Assembly: GCA_046597055.1 (NCBI GenBank)
Contig: JBKJLC010000114.1
Coordinates: 1 to 31,732, forward strand
Reading direction: 5' to 3'
Origin: Kofleriaceae bacterium
GTDB taxonomy: Bacteria; Myxococcota_A; Polyangia; Haliangiales; Haliangiaceae
Length of the DNA stretch: 31,732 nucleotides
Shown: one piece after another, positions 28,431-31,732 of the stretch
Layout of the letters: each line of letters begins with the position of its first letter
Numbering within the stretch: position 1 is the stretch's first letter
Translations under genes and position numbers: made by a program
Notes under the pieces: generated by a model
Databases searched by the model: none
What the model was told of the DNA's origin: nothing
What the model saw: the letters and a program-made list of their open reading frames with translations, nothing else

Positions 28431-28580
28431 GGTGCGACGGCAGCCAAGCTGCCGAACGTACGTTGGACGACGCTCCCCGCGGGGGGAGACTCCACCCCAG
28501 CCTGGTGCGATGTCATCTAGTTGCAACATCCACCCGGCGCTCGCCGGGCTGCCCCTGCGCGAGGACGTCGCTGGCGCTTC

Positions 28581-28601
28581 CGGCACCGGTGTTGCTAGGG
28601 T
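28581..28601 (+). promoter_or_regulatory. Promoter-like element before the kinase (sigma54-type and/or -10 box)
   Basis: CGGCACCGGTGTTGCT (GG-N10-GC) overlaps TAGGGT, which lies 6 nt before GTG 28608. Confidence 0.45.
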
Positions 28602-28607
28602 GCCGGC

Positions 28608-31544
28608 GTGGACCACGGTGATGACGACGGCGGCGACGCGGCCAGCGCCGACGCGGCCACCGCCGGCGGGTCGAGCGCGGCGGCGACCGTCGATCGCGAG
28701 TCGACCGCGACCGCGGCGGCCGCCACCGCCACTGGCGAGACCCGCGGCATCATCCGGCCGCTCGAATGGGCGGAGGCGGACGCGCCGCCCATGGTGGTGA
28801 TCGCGATCGGCGAGCGCATGGGCCGCTACGTCATCGTCGAGCGGATCGGCGCGGGCGGCATGGGCGTCGTCTACAAGGCCTACGACCCGGTCCTCGACCG
28901 CGCGGTCGCGATCAAGGTGCTGCGCGCGCAGGGCGAGGATCACGCCCAGCGCCTGCTGCGCGAGGCGCAGGCGCTGGCGCGGCTGGCCCATCCCAACGTG
29001 CTCACGGTGTTCGAGGCCGGCGTCGACGACGGCCGCACGTTCCTCGCGATCGAGCTGATCGATGGCGCCACCCTGCACGGCTGGCTCGCGGCCACGCCGC
29101 GCACGCGCGCCGAGATCCTGACCGTCTTCGATGCCGCCGGCCGCGGCCTGGCCGCCGCCCACGCCGCCGGCATCGTGCACCGCGACTTCAAGCCGTCGAA
29201 CGTGCTGATCGGGCGCGACCAGCGGGTCCGGGTCGCCGATTTCGGCATCGCGCGCGGCACCGGTGATGAAGCCGGCGCCAGCCCGCACGCGTCGCCGTCG
29301 GCGCGCACGTTCGACAGCCCGATCACCGCGACCGGCATGCTGGTCGGCACGCCGGCCTACATGGCGCCCGAGCAGGCGGTCGGCGAGCGTGTCGATCCGC
29401 GCAGCGATCAGTTCAGCTTCTGCGTCGCGCTGTGGGAGGCGCTGACCGGCAAGCGCCCCTACTCGGGGCCCACCCCGATGGCGCTGGCGGCGCGGGTCGA
29501 GCGCGGCGAGCTCGATGATCCCCGGGCCGGCACCGGGCTGCCGCGCCGGCTGCGCCGCGCGCTCCTGCGCGGCCTCGCCTACGAGCCGGCCCGGCGCTAC
29601 CCGTCGATGGTCGAGCTGCTCGACGAGCTGCCGCCGACCCGGCGCCTGCGGTGGGGCGCCACCGCGGTCGCGGTGATCGCGATCGGCGGGGTCGTGCTGG
29701 CCCGTACCCAGTCGGCGCCGGCGCCGACCTGCGCCGGCTTCGAGGCCGAGCTCGCCGGGGTCTGGGACGACGGCGCGCGGGCGCGCCTCGCGCCGGTGTT
29801 CGCGGCGGTGGCCGACGCCGACTGGCCGCGCACCCGGGTCGCGATCGACGGCTGGTCGACCGCGTGGGTGGCGGCGCGCACCGACGCGTGCGCCGACACC
29901 CGGGTCCGGGGCGGGCAGTCCGAGCGGGCGATGGACCGGCGCATGGCGTGCCTCGATCGCAGGCTGCTCGAGCTCGGCGCGCTGACCGCGCTCCTCGGCC
30001 GCGGCGATCCCGCCACGCTGGGGCGCGCCACCCAGGCCGCGATCGCGCTCACGCCGCCGTCGACCTGCGACCAGGTCGACCTGCTCGGCGCCGCGGCGCC
30101 GCCGGCGAGCGCCGACGAGCGCGCGCGGGTGGTCGCGGTCGAGCGCGGGGTCGCCGAGCTGAAGGCGCTGCACGACGCGGTCCGTCACCGCGACGGCCTG
30201 GCCGAGGTCGACGCGGTGGTCACCGCGGCCCGCGCGCTGCCGCACCATGGCCTGGCCGCCGAGGCGCTGGCCTGGCGCGGCCGCATGCACCGCCAGCTCG
30301 ACGCGTACCCCGCCGCCCTGGCCGCGTACACCGAGGCGCTGGGCGAGGCCGAGCTCGCCGGCGACGATCGCATCCGCCTCGACATCCTGGTGCGCGCGCT
30401 CGACATCACCGGCTACTTCCTCGAGGACGTCACCCACACCGCGTGGCTCGCCGCCAACGCGCGCGGCATCCTGGCCCGGCTGGGCGATCCGCCCGAGCTG
30501 GTCTCGGACTTCGACGAGTCGATGTCGAACGCCGAGATGCGCTTCGGCAACCTCGTCGAGGCGCGTCGGCTGGTCGAGCACATGCTCGCGCTCCGCCGGG
30601 GCCGGGTCGACGAAGACTCGCCGCTGTGGGCGCGCACGCTGCGGGCCTACGCCCGCGTCACCCAGAACCAGGGCGAGCTCGAGCTCACCGCGCAGTACAT
30701 CTATCCGGCCACGGCGATCATGGAGCGCCACCTCGGCCCCGATCATCCCAACCTCGGCTACTACCTGAACGTCATCGGCATCCTCGAGCGGCAGCGCGGC
30801 CAGCTCGACGCCGCCGAGCGCACGTTCCGGCGCGACATCGAGATCAGCACGAAGGCGTACGGCGCCGACAACGGCAAGGTCGGCCGGTCGTGGAACAACC
30901 TGGGCGGCACGCTGCGGGACGCCGGCCGGCCCGCCGAGGCGCTGGAGGCGCTCGAGCGCGCGCGGGTCATCCACAGCACGGCGGTAGGCCCAAAGAGCCT
31001 GCTGGTCGCGGGCACCCTGACCTCGATGGCCGGCACGTTGCGGGTCCTCGGTCGCGCCGAGGAGGCGTGGGCGCGCGGCCAGGAGGCGCTCGCGATCTAC
31101 CGGGCCGCGCCCGGCAACCGCGACATCGCCGGCACGCTCACGCTGCTGGCCGAGATCGCGGCGATCCGCCCGGGGCCGAACCGACCGGCCGAGGCGCTCG
31201 CGCTGGTCGACGAGGCGATCGCGGTGGCGACCGGGGACGGCCCCGACGCCGCCCGGCTGATCGGGCCCCTGATCACGCGCGGCGAGCTCCATCACGCCGC
31301 CGGCCGCACCCCGGCCGCGGTCGCCGATCTCGAGCGGGCCCTGGTCCTGCTCGCGGCCAATCCGCAGGCACCCGACGATCACGCCCGCGCCGAGACCGCG
31401 CTCGCTCGCGCGGTCGCCGTCCCAGATCCGGCGCGGGCCCGCACCCTGGCCACCGCCGCCCGCGATCGCCTGCGCACCACCGGCGCCGAGGGCGCCCAGC
31501 GCCGCTCGATCGACGCCTGGCTCGCCGACCTCGACCGTCGCTGA
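28608..31544 (+). CDS. Ser/Thr protein kinase with TM segment and TPR repeats
   Basis: GAGGMG.V, VAIK, HRDFKPSN, DFG, GTPAYMAPE, DQFSFCVALWE; TM; Cys-containing region; TPR_12-like repeats (LGPDHP, NNLG). Confidence 0.95.
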   Translation: MDHGDDDGGDAASADAATAGGSSAAATVDRESTATAAAATATGETRGIIRPLEWAEADAPPMVVIAIGERMGRYVIVERIGAGGMGVVYKAYDPVLDRAVAIKVLRAQGEDHAQRLLREAQALARLAHPNVLTVFEAGVDDGRTFLAIELIDGATLHGWLAATPRTRAEILTVFDAAGRGLAAAHAAGIVHRDFKPSNVLIGRDQRVRVADFGIARGTGDEAGASPHASPSARTFDSPITATGMLVGTPAYMAPEQAVGERVDPRSDQFSFCVALWEALTGKRPYSGPTPMALAARVERGELDDPRAGTGLPRRLRRALLRGLAYEPARRYPSMVELLDELPPTRRLRWGATAVAVIAIGGVVLARTQSAPAPTCAGFEAELAGVWDDGARARLAPVFAAVADADWPRTRVAIDGWSTAWVAARTDACADTRVRGGQSERAMDRRMACLDRRLLELGALTALLGRGDPATLGRATQAAIALTPPSTCDQVDLLGAAAPPASADERARVVAVERGVAELKALHDAVRHRDGLAEVDAVVTAARALPHHGLAAEALAWRGRMHRQLDAYPAALAAYTEALGEAELAGDDRIRLDILVRALDITGYFLEDVTHTAWLAANARGILARLGDPPELVSDFDESMSNAEMRFGNLVEARRLVEHMLALRRGRVDEDSPLWARTLRAYARVTQNQGELELTAQYIYPATAIMERHLGPDHPNLGYYLNVIGILERQRGQLDAAERTFRRDIEISTKAYGADNGKVGRSWNNLGGTLRDAGRPAEALEALERARVIHSTAVGPKSLLVAGTLTSMAGTLRVLGRAEEAWARGQEALAIYRAAPGNRDIAGTLTLLAEIAAIRPGPNRPAEALALVDEAIAVATGDGPDAARLIGPLITRGELHHAAGRTPAAVADLERALVLLAANPQAPDDHARAETALARAVAVPDPARARTLATAARDRLRTTGAEGAQRRSIDAWLADLDRR

Positions 31545-31557
31545 TCGGTCACATCCG

Positions 31558-31728
31558 AGACGTGATCGAAGGCGCTCCCCGTTTCCGGTGGCCCGGTGCC
31601 GGCGCTGCTGCGGCCGTGTCGAGGGGCCAGGCTCAGGATTGATCCCAAGTCTCCATGTGATCGAAAGCGCTCACCCTTCCCGGTGGCCCTGAGCCGGCGC
31701 CGAAGGCGCCGTGTCGAACGGCAGAGCG
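31558..31728 (-). repeat. Two tandem copies of the REP-like element
   Basis: Reverse complement reads GCCGTTCGACACGGCGCC-TTC-GGCGCCGGCTCAGGGCCACCGGGAAGGGTGAGCGCTTTCGATCACATGGAGACTTGGGATCAATCCTGAG, then a more degenerate copy. Matches 6203-6290 and the 44-bp unit. Confidence 0.9.
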
Positions 31729-31732
31729 CCAA

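Noticed and set aside
28509..28530. Second Fur-type box (GATGT...TTGCAACATC)
   Set aside because: Only 5-bp arms and one TGCA half-site; too weak.
27690..31382. 1230-aa minus-strand ORF and other long overlapping ORFs (e.g. 153-1553, 3141-4121, 15248-16636, 29651-31642)
   Set aside because: Antisense or alternate-frame shadows of motif-bearing genes. They are Arg/Pro/Gly-rich, as expected in very GC-rich DNA.

Overview
Very GC-rich bacterial DNA whose gene content (Ser/Thr kinase-TPR, FHA/sigma54 activator, many Cys-lipoproteins with DAxxDA linkers, TonB-domain-fused receptor) points to a myxobacterium. This taxonomy is inferred, not tested. The window holds about 24 intact CDSs and shows a metal-homeostasis theme: a Fur-family regulator divergent from a His-rich ZIP-like transporter, a His-plug TonB-dependent receptor, and a YcnI operon. 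The most striking feature is a back-to-back pair of small exported metal-ligand-rich leader ORFs ending in Pro-Pro motifs. One is His-rich and ends RGPP, and its RGPP codons can base-pair with the Shine-Dalgarno of the downstream TonB-dependent receptor. The other is Cys/His-rich, ends EKPPF and precedes ycnI. Both are candidate metal-sensing ribosome-arrest switches. Also present: a ~3.9 kb scrapyard (8100-11975) of unrelated gene fragments and mobile-element-like DNA structures, a decayed kinase/sigma54-activator pair, a dispersed REP-like repeat family that has expanded into a 5x44-bp tandem array, and many apparently leaderless promoters. No rRNA, tRNA, CRISPR array or intact transposase was recognised.
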